Assembly: GCF_006345805.1 (NCBI RefSeq)
Contig: NC_042997.1
Span: 171,802,001 to 171,866,000 of the forward strand
Origin: Octopus sinensis
Taxonomy: Eukaryota
DNA length: 64,000 nucleotides
Reading direction: 5' to 3'
Positions 50,304 to 64,000 of the stretch are shown here, in pieces. Positions within the stretch are counted from its first letter, which is position 1, and every line of letters begins with the position of its first letter. The notes beneath the pieces are model-generated. The model was not told the DNA's origin. It worked only from the letters and a program-made list of their open reading frames with translations, and ran no database searches. The position numbers were made by a program, and so were the translations under genes.

Positions 50304-52499
50304 CATCATTATTCTTTAACATCTGTATTCTATGCTGGCATGAGTTGGCTGACTGGACAGAATTCAGTGGGGCAGAAAATTGCATCATGCTCCAATGTCT
50401 GCTCTGGAATGGTTTCCATGGCTGGATACCCTTCCTATTGCCAACCCCTTCACAGACTGTACAGGGTGCTATTTTTTCATGACACTAAATTACTATCATG
50501 ACAAAGAGAAAGCCCCCCTCCCTCCTTTTCAACTTAGTGGGTTTGTGGTAGATAGGTTGGTGGTTTAAAGTTAACAAAAGAAAAATACCAAGGTTCTACT
50601 AAGAAGGAAAACAGACAGGACACTACACCCTTCAGGAAAGTGGCCCTGGTCGATAGGTAGAAAATGTGTAAATATTGGTTAGAGCAGTGGACTCGCGGTC
50701 GAGAGATCGCAGGTTCGAATCTCAGACCGGGCGATGTGTGTGTTTATGAGTGAAACACCTAAGCTCCATGCGGCTCTGGCAGAAGGTAATGGCGAACTTC
50801 TGCTGACTCTTTTGCCACAACTTTCTCTCCCTCTTTCCTCCTGCATCTTGCAGATCACCTGTGACAGACCAGTGTCCCATCCAGGTGGGAACCTATACGC
50901 CAAGGAAACCGGAGAAACTGGCCCTTATGAGCTAGGTATGGCTCGGGAAGGAACAAACAAACATACCCCTGACTGAAACTAAACTTGAGACTATGTGGTT
51001 GCATAACAAATTTCTTAACAACACAGCCATGTAAGTGCTTGTAATGTATTTGTGTTTTACAAAATATTTTATGGGGGAAAAAGAAAACAAATCCTTAAAA
51101 TCATTGTTAAAGTGTTGTTTCAAAAAACATTTTTAAGACTTTAACGATATATTTTAAAACAAATAATCCCTGTAAAGAGAAAACTAAATAACAAAGCATT
51201 TTATGAATTTTATTTAAACACTTATGAATGTCAATGGTTTTAAAAGACAATTGAAAAATAACAATTTATAAATATTATTGCACTTCATAAACAACATGAA
51301 AAAACAAGAATTAATATCTAACTTTATTTATAAATTATGTATCTTGAACATTTATAAAACCAAATATACAAAGAACACATATACACAAGGGAAGGAAAAT
51401 AAATATTTTATTTTTAATGAAACTATCACTGTTATGTCACTGAAGCCAGATACAGTGAAACTTCAATAAATTCTATTCTTAAGGAAGAAGGGTATCTGTT
51501 TCAGCTTGGTGTCTGAAGGCAAGAGTTAATCAATAATGTATACATGCACATTATGGGAATTATATACTATGTACACTGAATGAGATTAACATTAACACCT
51601 TGGCATTTATCAAGCCCAAATGGTCAACCTATTTTATGTTAAAAAGGCCTGATCCAGCCTCTCACACTTACACTACAATGTCATTCTAAAAATAAGCAAT
51701 TACATCATTGAAATCTCAAAGTTATGAGATAATGCATGATTAATTAAAACCAATCATCATCATCATTTAACGTCCATTTTCCATGCTGGCATGGGTTGGA
51801 TGGTTTGACAGGAACTGGCTAGCTGGGGAACTGTCCAGATTCCAATTGTCTGTTGTGGTATGGTTTCTCTGACTGGATACCCCTTCTAATGCTTACCACT
51901 TTACAGAGTGTACTGAATGCTTATACGTACCACCAGCACGAATGAGTTTATGCAACACTAGCAGAGGTACATTTTATGTGGCACTAGCACCTGTAAGGGA
52001 CAAACCTGTGTATGGATAACAAACAGGCTTGTCCTTTATAGTTGCTGGTGTCACATAAAATGCACTCATACCAGTCATACATAAACACACTCAGAGACAT
52101 TACTTTTGGCAGGGCTATCTGAATGCTAAAAGGTAAAGGAAATGACAGGAAATACTGTAAACATCATATAACTATATAAAACATATAAATATATTTTAAT
52201 GAACTTATTTAGCCTGATTGCCCCCCCCCCCCGTGCCAGTGGCACATAAAAGCACCCACTACACTCTCAGAGTGGTTGGCGTTAGGAAGGGCATCCAGCA
52301 GTAGAAACTCTGCCTGATCAAAATTGAAGCCTGGTGCAGCCATCTGGTTCGCCAGCCCTCAGTCAAATCGTCCAACCCATGCTAGCATGGAAAGCAGACG
52401 TTAAACGATGATGATGATTAAAATTAAAAAGTTAATACTATATGCTGTTAATCCTATTCACTTGTGCTACATGAGGATGAGCTTGATGTGGTGGATTTG

Positions 52500-53330
52500 G
52501 TAGTTGAGCTAGAGGTCATGACATGTTTTTAGGAGTTAGTACAGCTATGGTACTCTTTATGTCCTGCTTGTAGGAGTCTGAGCTGAACAAAGAAGGACTG
52601 AGTCAGTTGGTGGTCCATCAATACCATCAGTGGGTTCAACAGCTGTAATAATGTTGGCATGAACTGACTTGAAAAAAGAACTGAGTTTCAGTTGTTTACT
52701 TTTCTGATGTTACTTTTCAATAATGACCATTACCAGCATCGCCTTAGTGGTACATGTGCTGGTGGCATGTGTAAAAGATTCGAGCGAGGTTGTTGCCAGT
52801 ACTACCTGACTGGCCCCGTGCCAGTGGCATGTAAAAACATCCACTACACTCTCAGAGTGGTTGGCATTAGGAAGGGCATCCAGCTGTAGAAACTCGGCCA
52901 GATCAAGATTGGAACCGGGTGCAGCCATCTGGTTCGCCAGCTGTTTGTCAAATCGTCCAACCCATGCTAGCATGGAAAGTGGACGTTAAACGATGATGAT
53001 GATGAAGTTCTGATAGGACTCTAATATGCTGATAATTTTGTTGAATATCACTTTCTGTTAACAAGCCAAAGGATGAAATGATGTTATCAAGAGGTTCTCA
53101 TATAATAGATAGTTTCGGTTTCTTGAACAACAATGTTTCCCTGTTTTTGTCATTCTCAATTACAAGAATTTCATTTGCTATCTCTTTTCCTGTTACCACG
53201 TTGATATCCAAATCATCCTTGGTGAAAATAATAATAGGAATCAAAAAGATCAAGGCTTTTGGAGTTTTGTAAGTTTTGTGGTAACCCAAGCATTTGCATC
53301 ACTTGTGCTCAGGAAACAGGTTTATTATCT
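52500..53330 (-). mobile_element. Highly degenerate pogo/Tigger-like C-terminal remnant split by a SINE
   Basis: IIEK*HQKSKQLKLSSFFK resembles Tigger C-termini. In-frame stops are present. Confidence 0.35.
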
Positions 53331-56302
53331 TATTACCTACCAATGAGGTAAACATTACAAGTCAGGTAGATTTTCGCTTTCACAAAAAAACCAGATTAGT
53401 TAAGAACACAACCTTGAAAGAGGTGGAATTAACCAGTAGAGCATTCAAAGGTTCAGAGAGCTGAGGAGGGGCCCTATAAATATTTAATGGTGCTCTTCTT
53501 CAAAAAGCATTCTTCAGGTGTTTCCTTTGTCCCTTTTACTCAGACATCAATTTTTCTAGTGAAGTGAACATATCATTCTATCTTATGAAGGGGTGAGTGA
53601 TAATACCAAATGACAGGGTTGTCAGGTATGTCCAAATCTGATTTATAGAGCTAAAATATTTAGATTTTAATCACATATACAAAACTAAAAATGAACAATT
53701 GCATCTCTTTTTAGTTACGTATTTTCAACTGAAATTTAAATCAATTGGTTTTCCAAAGTTGTCCAAATTATGTTTCATTTCAGGCTCCTATGCAAATTCA
53801 GGTTGAAATTTCAGGTATGAAAAACTCTGTATATAAACTATCCTTCATAAAGCTAAAATGACTGGTTCATTGATTATATTTACTTATCTATTTTCATTTC
53901 ATCGCAAAGCAGAAAAAAGAAAGGACAATACATTACAATATAAACTACTGGCATTTCACAAGAGTTATATTAAGGCCAAAATAACCATGATGCTCAAATC
54001 AAAAAAAAAGTAGTGTATTTAATTTTCATTTTAGATTTTTGATTTTTAAAGTACATTTTTTCTGTTTAGAGAAAGGATGGTTTTTACGAGCGAAAATTGG
54101 CATTTATGACTGAAAAATGAGATTGACTGGTGACAAATTTTTAGACCAGATTTATGTTATATGAAACATAATCTTATGGACACTCATCAGTTACTCCTTG
54201 GATTTATGATATTGAGGCTGGTGTTACTAAAGCTACAGGAAAAAAAAATTCATTTTACCTAATCAATGTAAGAAATTGCTGAACATTAATAGGTTGGGCT
54301 TTTTGTCAAAAAGTTTTTAGCATAGGTGTAGGTGCGGCTGTGTGGTAAGTAGCTTACTTACGAACCACATGGTTCCGGGTTCAGTCCCACTGCATGGCAC
54401 CTTAGGCAAGTGTCTTCTATTATAGCCTTGGGCCGACCAAATCCTTGTGAGTGGATTTGGTAGACGGAAACAGAAAGAAGCCTGTCATATATATGTATAT
54501 ATAAACGGCAGTGCATCTGCATGGCCACCGCTATGAGCTGAAACTACAGCAAAAAAAAACCCCTTTTTTTCATTCATTTCGATGCTCAGCAGTCTAGTGT
54601 TTATTATATGATCATCACGGAAGTAGATTATTATTACCACCAAGTTCCACCTGACTGGCACCTGTGCCGGTGACACATAAAAAGCACCATTTGAGCATTG
54701 AATTAATCAAGCTTTATCTCATGGTATGGAGATTTCGATGATGTGATTATTTATTTTTAGAATGATATCATAGTGTATGTGTGAGAGGTCAGATCTGGTT
54801 GGCTTAAACATAAGACAAAGCAGAATATACGGGCCAATTATAATGCTGAAGAGTTAAATGATCATGAGTATTTGTAAAACATAGAGAGCATGTATAATAG
54901 TAATGCAAGTGCTAACTTTTGAACATATTTACCAATTATGGTACCCAAGATACAGAGGTCAAAAATTTGAAATTAAATGTCATGTACAAACAGCATGTCA
55001 CTGCAATATTTGATTGGTGGATCACCAAATTAATCTAAAGCAAGATACAGGAAAGGGATTGTAGTGTGAAAGGTTTAGTTACATCAAATATAATGCATGA
55101 GTTTCATATTATTAAACTCACACATTTTATTTTATATAACTTAACTTTTAATAAATTTAAGATGGTTTTCAACTTTTTTAACATGATAACACCATTGAGG
55201 TAAAAAAGATATTAAAATAAAAATAAATACACCCTTTTAAAGCCTAGCCAGGCTCATGGGCCCGGTTTCCTGGTTTCTATGGCGTATGTGTTCCCCAGCT
55301 GGATGGGATGCCAGTCCATTGCATTGTTACTCATTTTTGCCAGCTGAGTGGACTGGAGCAACGTAAAATGAAGTGTTTTGCTCAAGAACACAACGCATCG
55401 CCCAGTCCAGGAATCAAAACCACAATCTTACAATCATGATGCTGACACCCTAACCACTAAGCCACGTGCCTCCACAAAAGAGATATTGCATGGATGTAAA
55501 TGCTAATTGATCTTTAAATTCTGGATGGGGCAAAAATTTCATTAATTTTTTGCAGGATCTGGTATTTGTCAACTTGGTTCTAATGGAGTAAACCTAATAA
55601 GGACAAAACCTATTTTAAGTTAGCTGGAAAGAAGTCATGATTCTATCAAGCACATTGCACCCAGTGTAAGATGTTGGTGCACAAAGGATGAATTGAGATC
55701 ACAGGCAAGATGATAAGAATTTGTATGTAGCAGATATATAAAAGTAAGCAGTATAAGCATTCATGTTAAAAAATTATTCAAATGCTTGAAAGGCTTCCTA
55801 GAAGTTGACAGCTTCTGTTCATATGTCACGTAATTATCAATCGAAGTTGGGTCTCCCAAAGGCATAAAAGCCAGAGTATGAACAGGGTAGAAAGCGTTCA
55901 GGGAACTATTACATCTGCCTGTAATAAAGGGGATCTCTTCTGTTTAATGGTTGTGAATGAAGTGCAGCTTTACGCTAACAAAGCAACAGCGCTGAGTACA
56001 GAGGATAAGTGAAGCTTGGAAAGAAAAGAAAACAGATATAATCTTTTCTACAATAAAAGTATTAGGCCTGAAATTTTAATTTTTTTTCAAGGGTCTAATC
56101 GATTACATTGCACCCAGTACTCAATTGATACATATTTCACTGACCCCGAAAATAGGAAAGTTGAAGTTGTCCTTGGCAGAATTTGAACTCAGAATGTAGA
56201 GATGGAAGAAATGCAGTTAAGCCTTTTGTTCAGTGTGTTAACAATTCTGCCTGCTCACCACCTTGAAGAGAGTGTTAATAAACAATAGTAAGGGTAAAGG
56301 TG

Positions 56303-57078
56303 GTGGAGGCACATGGCTTAGTGGTTAGGGTGTTAGCATCATGATCGTAAAATTGTGGTTTTGATTCTTGGACCAGGCGACATGTTTTGTTCTTGATCAA
56401 AATACTTCATTTCACGTTGCTCCAGTCCACTCAGCTGACAAAAATGAGTAACGCTGCGATGGACTGGCATCCCCTCCAGCTGGGGAACACATATGCCATT
56501 GAAACTGGGAAACCGGGCCCATGAGTCTAGCAAGGTTTTAAAAGGGCGCCTTTATTATTTATGTGGAGGCGCAGGCCTTAGTGGTTAGGGTGTCAGCATC
56601 ATGATCATAAAATTGTGGTTTTGATTCCTGGACCAGGCAACGCGTTGTGTTCTTGAGCAAAATACTTTATTTTACATTGCTCCAGTCCACTCAGCTGGCA
56701 AAAATGAGTAACACTGTGATGGACTGGCGTCCTGTCCAGCTGGGGAACACATACACCATAGAAACCGGGAAACTGGGCCTATGAGCCTGGCTAGGCTTTA
56801 AAAGGGCACATTTATTATTTGTGGAGACCCATGGCTTAGTGGTTAGGGTGTCAGCATCATGATCGTAAGATTGTGGTTTCGATTCCTGGACTGGGCGACG
56901 TGTTGTGTTCTGAGCAAAACATTTCATTTCCCATTGCTCCAGTCCACACTGCAGGCAAAAATGAGTAACGCTGTGATGGACTGGCATCCCGTCCAGCTGG
57001 GGAACACATATGCCATAGAAACTGGGAATCCAGGCCCATGAGCCTGGCTAGGCTTTAAAAGAGCACATTTATTTATTT
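56303..57078 (+). repeat. Head-to-tail trimer of a ~260-bp tRNA-derived SINE; inverted copies at 55225-55475 and 57120-57335
   Basis: Three complete GTGGAGGC...TGGCTTAGTGGTTAGGGTGTCAGC...AAAAGGGCACATTTATT units. Confidence 0.85.
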
Positions 57079-57432
57079 ATTAAGGGTAAAGGTAAGGTAA
57101 AGTTACTTTCTCAAGTCATACTGACTCATAAGGTCCGGTTTCCCTGTTTTATGGCATATATATTCCCCGCCTGGATGGGATGCTGGTCTGTTGCAGGGTT
57201 ACTAATTTTTGCTACCTGAGTGAATTGGAGCAATGTGGGATAAAGAGTTTGCTCAAGAACACAATGTACCGCCTGGTCCAGGAATCGAAACCACAATCTT
57301 ACAATCATGAGTCTAGCCACTAAGCCACATGCCTTGACTAATAAACAATGAAGCACAAATGAGCTGAGAAGAGAACAGAACATAAGAGAAATTGGCTGAA
57401 GCAAGCCAGAGAGGAGACTACACTGGTTTATA

Positions 57433-57998
57433 TTGGGTTGTCCGGAAAGTTCATGCCAATTTATAGTAGCTTACCTTTCAACTTATTTTAGAACATGGTT
57501 GAGTTAATGAAATAGGATTTGACTACACCTCCATTTAGAGCACGGTTTAAGCTATCTTTTCGTGGAAGAACGTTTATGTTCCTATAACCTGTGTTAATTC
57601 TGTAACCCTTTAAAATGGAAGATAGGAAAGTTCATTTTCGGCACTTGATGCTTTGGGAACAAGACAAAAATTGCTGCAGCTTGGCTGGGATGTGTTACCC
57701 CACCCTCCATATTCACCAGATATTGCTCCTTCGGATTTCCACTTATTCGGGTCTCTGTAGAATAGTCTAAATGGTAAAAATTTCAATTCCTTGGATGATG
57801 TAAAAAGATACCTTGATGAATTCTTTGCCATGAAACTACCTCAATTCTGGGAAGAGGGTATTTTCAAGTTAAAGGAAAGATGGAGACGCAGTGTGCAAAA
57901 AAATGGTTCATATTTGGTTGATTAAAAATGTAATGGCAAGTATTTATTGACCTTTTTCTTTCCTTTAAAAATCGGCGTGAACTTTCCGGACAATCCAA
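57433..57998 (+). mobile_element. Internally deleted mariner element with TA TSD
   Basis: TA|TTGGGTTGTCCGGAAAGTTCA...TGAACTTTCCGGACAATCCAA|TA. MEDRKVHFRHLML is joined to LGWDVLPHPPYSPDIAPSDFHLF. Confidence 0.92.
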
Positions 57999-60224
57999 TA
58001 CATGTGATGCATATGAAGGAAGACTGGTAAAGGCTGATCTCAAGATGCTGAAGAAGATAATGATAGATTGCAACAAATGGGGAGACTCTGTACTGGAAGA
58101 GACCTACCACCACCACCACTACCATATATACCTACATATATACGTATATGGTGAAAGTGGTGGTGATGGTAATGATGTTTATGATTTTGATGATGATGAT
58201 AGCAATAGTACTAGTGATGGTTCTGGTGGTGTTGACGTTGAAATAGGTGGAAGATGACGATGATGATTTTAAAAATGGGGCATGATGATAATACAGATGG
58301 TGGTGATAGAGGTGGTGGTGTTTTGGCTGTGATGCATAGAAATTGTGATAAAGTGATGATATCTTTTTATAGTTCTAAGTTGTTAGTTGTGGAGTTGGGA
58401 ATCCTCAAACCACAAAGCTAGGATAATAAAGGTTGGGTTGTCAGAAAACATTCATATCCACATCTTGCAAGCCAACATACACCTGCATGCACACAGATAA
58501 TGAAAACACAGCACAGAGAGAAGAGGAGGAAAGCTAAGGAGGATGAAAAAATTAAAGCAAAACAAACAAATGCAAATATGCACAATCCCCTCATCAATTG
58601 TCAAGCAAACATCATCACTATTTCAGCACCTTTCTGTTCTAACGATCTTGCTCAATCTGGCAGTGTCAGCAACATGAGTTAGTGGGGTAATAGACAAGTG
58701 ATCATAGAAAATGAACAAAGACAGGAAAAAATTTTTAAACAAGGAGAGTAATGGAAAAAAAAGTAGTCTTTTGACCAAATGGTAAATTAAGATGAGTTGT
58801 GGGGAGAATGAGAAAAAATATAAAACAAATGCATATACATACACATAAAAATGTCTTTTGACATAACGACAAAATGAAGACAAGTTGTGTGAAGCAATGT
58901 TTAGAGAAAAGACAGAGCATCTATCAGTATCAAGAAAAAGAAAATGAATGAATGAATGAAACGAGCCAAGAGTGGAGAAAAATGGTGACTGACCAGTTCG
59001 AAAGTCAGTTTAAGAAAAAGGTTAGCAGCAAGAGAAATAGGAAGTGGGAGGAGGAAGGCTTGTGGTGTCTTGTAGGCAAATAGAGAAGGAAAGAGTAACA
59101 GGTGAGTTGAAAGAAAGAGAGAGAGAATGTAAGTGAAAAAGAGAGAGATAAAGAGAAGAGGCAGGGAGAGAGAGTGCTACTGAAGAGACAATCAAACCAA
59201 GGGAGGAAAGAGAGGAAAAAAGAGAGAGACAAATAGAAAGCTGCAAGATTGGAAAGTGGGTTAAATGGATAGATAGAAAGAGAGATAGAAGGATACAATG
59301 ATAGAAAGCTAGGAAGATATAGACAATGATAGAAATGTGTGTTGATATATGTCTTCTATTGTTGGAATGTGGCCATGCTGGGATGCTTTAGTTAAACAAA
59401 TCAAACCCAGTACTTATTTTTAAGTATGATTCTTGTTCTGTGAGTTTCTTCTGCTGAGTCATTAAGTTATGGGGATATAAACAAACCAACACCAGTTGGT
59501 AACAGAACAGGAAAACACAGACACAAACGTGCATACACACACACACATGCACACTTACACATGTGGTTACTTCGACTGAAGAAATGGACAATGTGATCAA
59601 AAGACCCCAGTTTCACAAAGTCCCCTTGCACCAGTGAATCATGTTTGTTAAGAACGCACAACACTTTATGGGAAGAAATGTTCTTTGATAATGAATAACA
59701 ACAGCTGTCAGATACATGCATATATCTGCATCATCATCATCATCATCATCATCATCGTTTAGCGTCTGTTTTCCATGCTGGCAAGGGTTGGACGGTATGA
59801 CTGATGTCTATAGAGTCAGTGGCTGCACTTGGCTTCAATCTGATATGACAATGTTTCTGCAGCTGGATGTGCTTCCTAACGCCAACCACTCCGAGAATGT
59901 TGTGGGTGCTTTTTATGTGCCACCAGCACAGGAGCCAGTCTGGTGGGTCTGGCATCAATGACGTTCAAATAGTGCTTTTTATGTGCCACCAGCACAGGGG
60001 CCAGTCAGTGGGTACTGGCATCGGCCACATTCAGATGGTGCTTTTTACATGCCACCGGCATGGGAGCCAGTTACAGAGTACTGGCATTGGCCACGTTCAG
60101 ATGGTGCATTTTATGTGCCACTGGTATGGGAGCTAGTCAGAGGGAACTGGCCACAGCTAAGATATTGGCTTTACTTGACTCAACAGGCTTTCTGAAGCAT
60201 ATCATATCGCCCGACGCATCAGAG

Positions 60225-60450
60225 GTACTCTTAACTTTGAAGAGATTCCATCAACCATGCCTTAGAAGAATCTTAAATATCAAACAGTGGTCTCTTGCAA
60301 ATCAGTCATGGTTGTTCTTTGGCAAGCGAACACATCCAATTTTGAAATGCACCTCATACACAAACACTTTTCAGCCTGAAAATATTTGTAACTATTGCAG
60401 TAGAGTCTGTTTGCTCAAAGCCAGATTTGCTCATCATATGAAATGTGAAG
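60225..60450 (+). mobile_element. RTE-clade LINE C-terminal fragment
   Basis: LKRFHQPCLRRILNIKQW and a terminal CxxC...H finger (ICNYCSRVC...HHMK). Confidence 0.6.
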
Positions 60451-61622
60451 ATGCATGGCTCAGTGATTAGAGCATCGGGCTCACAATCATAAGGTAGTGA
60501 GTTCAATTCTCAGACTGGATTATGTGTTGTGTTCTTGAGCAAGACACTTTATTTCACATTGCTCCAGTTCATTCAGCAGTAGAAATGAGTTGCGACGTCA
60601 CTGGTGCTAAGCTGCATTGGCCTCTGCCTTTCCTTTGGATAACACTGGTGGCATGCAGAGAGGAGATTGGCATGCATGGGTGAATGTTGGTCTTCCATAT
60701 ACATCCTTACCTGGACTTGTGTCTCGGAAGGTAACTTTCTAGGTGCAATCCCATGGTCATTCACGACCAAAGAGAGTCTTTACTTCATGACATCTCATGA
60801 TGACATTTGCAAATAGAAGAGAAGGCCTTCTTCTTTAAAGAAGTGGCAATCACCAAATATATTTGACAGGCATAATAATTACGAATTTGAATAAGAAAAA
60901 AATGTTATATTTGAAGCAAGTGGGATAATTATAAAGATTGAAAAAGGCAGTTGAATGGCAGCCAATCATTTTATAGTATCTAATATTCATTGAGGAAATG
61001 GTATATGTTTTGAAATGTAATCAACAGTATTGTTGCCTGGCAACCAACCAGATTTAGGTCCCGCCATTGAACCTCTTCGTTTTGTTTTTTTTTCTGTTTC
61101 TCTTTTGCCCACCCCTACCCCTGTTTCAAATGACTGTTTATAATGTTTAATAAAATTTATATTAAAATCCTAACTAATGATATAAATATATACAGAGAGC
61201 GATACTATTAAATACATGCATGTATTTAATAGTATATACACACATGAACACACACAAAAAAAAAAATGAGAAAAAATGCAATAATAACAAGACTGTGATT
61301 GTATATTCTGTTAGGCAATAATATTATTAATGTGTGAGCACAGTAACTGACAGTTCATGTCTTCAGATTTTCAGGAAATGCTCCCAGATATTAAATGACT
61401 CATTTAACGTGGCTTTTAGCCATAGTATATAAAGCAACAACGAAGTAGCATTGGTAATGTTGAAAGTAGTTTTATAAGCAGAATTATGAACCTAGTTTCA
61501 ATACAGTAATCATCTCGGATTTATTTTCTTCTAACTTTTAAAAGCCTTAGGATCGGTTTCTTGATATTGATTTGCTTCGAAATTCTGCAACATATAACAA
61601 CAGCTGATGTTGTTATTGTTGC

Positions 61623-61662
<40 letters not shown>

Positions 61663-62195
61663 CTGTTAGTGTTGTTATGAATGTTTTGAGAGATAAATTA
61701 CTAGGTTTGATAATTGATTTAAACATTTTTTTTCCATTTTTTAAAAAATTATTTATATATATATATATATATATAAACAACTACAGATCAATATATATAT
61801 ATATATACTGATACAACAGTAATAGATCAACAACTTAAGTAAATATGTAGTAAAGATGATGATGATGATGAAGATAAAGATGTCTGTTATTCTTACATCA
61901 TCATCATCATCTTTATCGTCATTGTTCCCTTTGTTGTTGTCGTCATCGTCTTCGTCATCATCACCATCATCATCATCAGCAGCAGCAACAGCAGCAGTAG
62001 CACCATTGCCGCTGTTGGAAGTGCTGTTGTTATTGTTACATTGCATTTTATATGCATTTATTTGTAAACAAATTTCTGTGTTTTGAGGCAAATTCAGTTG
62101 ATTTCAAGGAGAAATTTTCAAGAATTGCTATGGGGAAAACATGTAAAGGAAAATAACAAAGAAATGAACGCACCCCCACCCCCCCACACACATAT

Positions 62196-62234
<39 letters not shown>

Positions 62235-62310
62235 AATCGTCCTGCCCATGCTAGCATGGAAAGTGGATGTTAAGCGATGATGATGATGATGATGATGACA
62301 TATATATATA

Positions 62311-62370
<60 letters not shown>

Positions 62371-63482
62371 AGTGTGAGTGTGTGTGTATACATATATCAA
62401 AATATCTCCCATAGAAATGTAATATGGTACAATGGCTATGGAATTGGATGTTGTGCATTTGTAGTAACCTTCTTAAGACCAAACTGTTGCAGAGGTAGCT
62501 ATGGGAACAAGTGTATTCGGTCCTTTACTCTTTCACAAAGCCCAGCAATGAAAGAGGCCTCTGTGTAGTGGCTTAACCTGCCAGAAATAGCAGCCAAACT
62601 TTCCTCGAACCACACTCTACCATATTAAAAAGGGACGATGTACCTTAGCTGATGTTGTCCTGGATATGTTGTTTATTAGAAAAATATATGATGGCCACTG
62701 TCAGAATGCCTATGGTCATAATTCTGGTCAGTCAGGGTTGATCAGTGAGCTAAATATTAATAACAAGGGAGGCTTCTACAGAGTTAATCACAGTAATTGT
62801 TTCTAAGATAAGAACAAAGCTTGAAATTTTGTTTGAGGAGAATAGTCTAGTATATATATATTAACTCATTTACTTGAAGGTGTCAGGGACATTGAAGGTG
62901 CTCTCTTTTACTCTCTTTTACTTGTTTCAGTCATTTGACTGCGGCCATGCTGGAGCACCCCCTTTAGTTGAGAAAATCGCCCCCAGGACTTATTCTTTGT
63001 AAGCCTAGTACTTATTCTATCGGTCTCTTTTGCTGAACTGCTAAGTTATGGGGATATAAACACATCAACATCAGTTGTCAAGCGATGTTGGGGAGACAAA
63101 CACAGACACACAAACACACACACACACACACATATATACACATATATACGATGGGCTTCTTTCAGTTTCCGTCTACCAGATCCACTCACAAGGCTTTGGT
63201 CGGCCTGAGGCTATTGTAGAAGACACTTGCCCAAGGTGCCACGCAGTGGGACTGAACCCGGAACTATGCAGTTGGTAAGCAAGCTACTTACCACACAGCC
63301 ACTCCTGCGCCTAACAGTTAGTATGTTGGATTCATGATCATAAGATTGCAGTCTCTATCCTTGGATGGGTGATACATTGTCTTCTTGAGTAAAACATTTC
63401 ATTTCATGATGCTCCAGTCCACTCAGCTGGTAAAAAGGAGTAACCCAGCGATGGACTTACGTCCTATCCAGGGAGGAATATA

Positions 63483-63719
63483 CAAGGTTGGCCAAAAGTC
63501 ACCTGACAGTAAATCAAAAACCATTTAATTCCAAGATTTATTTATGTATAACAACTGAATGAGACTTCACTAATTAACAGACAACTGTTGAAAAAAATGG
63601 TGATTTTAACTCACAGTATTCAATTATTAAACATTCATAATTGGAATGAATAAATGAAACTGAATATTAAGTGTTTACAGAATTTTGATTTACTGTTGGG
63701 TGACTTTTGGCCAACCCTG
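63483..63719. mobile_element. Tc1/mariner-type MITE
   Basis: TA|CAAGGTTGGCCAAAAGTCACC...GGTGACTTTTGGCCAACCCTG. Confidence 0.75.
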
Positions 63720-64000
63720 TTTATGCCAGCCCTATGCTCCTTGTGGAGTAATGTGAATTAGACCTTTAGCATTCAGATTAAAATAATAATAATGAAATTA
63801 TTGTATACAGTGCTCAGGTGCACCACAATTTGTCAAAACTGCATATAAAGCAAATGTAGTAATGTACAAATGTCTGGAAAGTGAACAGTGTATGAGTCAG
63901 ATACATGCTTGCGTGTGTATGGAGGGGAGAAAATCAGGTGTAGTGTTGGCGAATCTCAGGAAGCATGAAAGTTTTGAAGGATGCAGTGCTTCAACAACTA

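Overview
This is AT-rich, repeat-dense animal genomic DNA with no intact multi-exon host gene that I can reconstruct. The SINE families, the TA/CAT/TAA microsatellite load and the R4/Dong, RTE and Penelope remnants are consistent with a coleoid cephalopod, probably Octopus (inference). The stand-out structure is a nested element at 11.76-17.5 kb. A non-autonomous Helitron is interrupted by a GG-ended MITE with an 8-bp TSD. That MITE is interrupted by a ~4.9-kb element (12080-16995) with ~1.25-kb near-identical inverted arms. The central cargo is an ankyrin-repeat + SOCS-box (ASB-type) coding region preceded by paired E2F-like sites, so it looks like a gene-capturing 'Pack'-type TIR transposon with Merlin- or MULE-like ends. 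Other notable items: a Penelope-type hammerhead ribozyme at ~2.1 kb, a second fold-back element with modular TIRs (18.2-20.5 kb), a 15-unit SINE-derived satellite with a 3-unit higher-order pattern facing an inverted sister array, a fold-back SINE palindrome, and a duplicated candidate terminal exon. Coordinates were counted by eye and may be off by a few bases.
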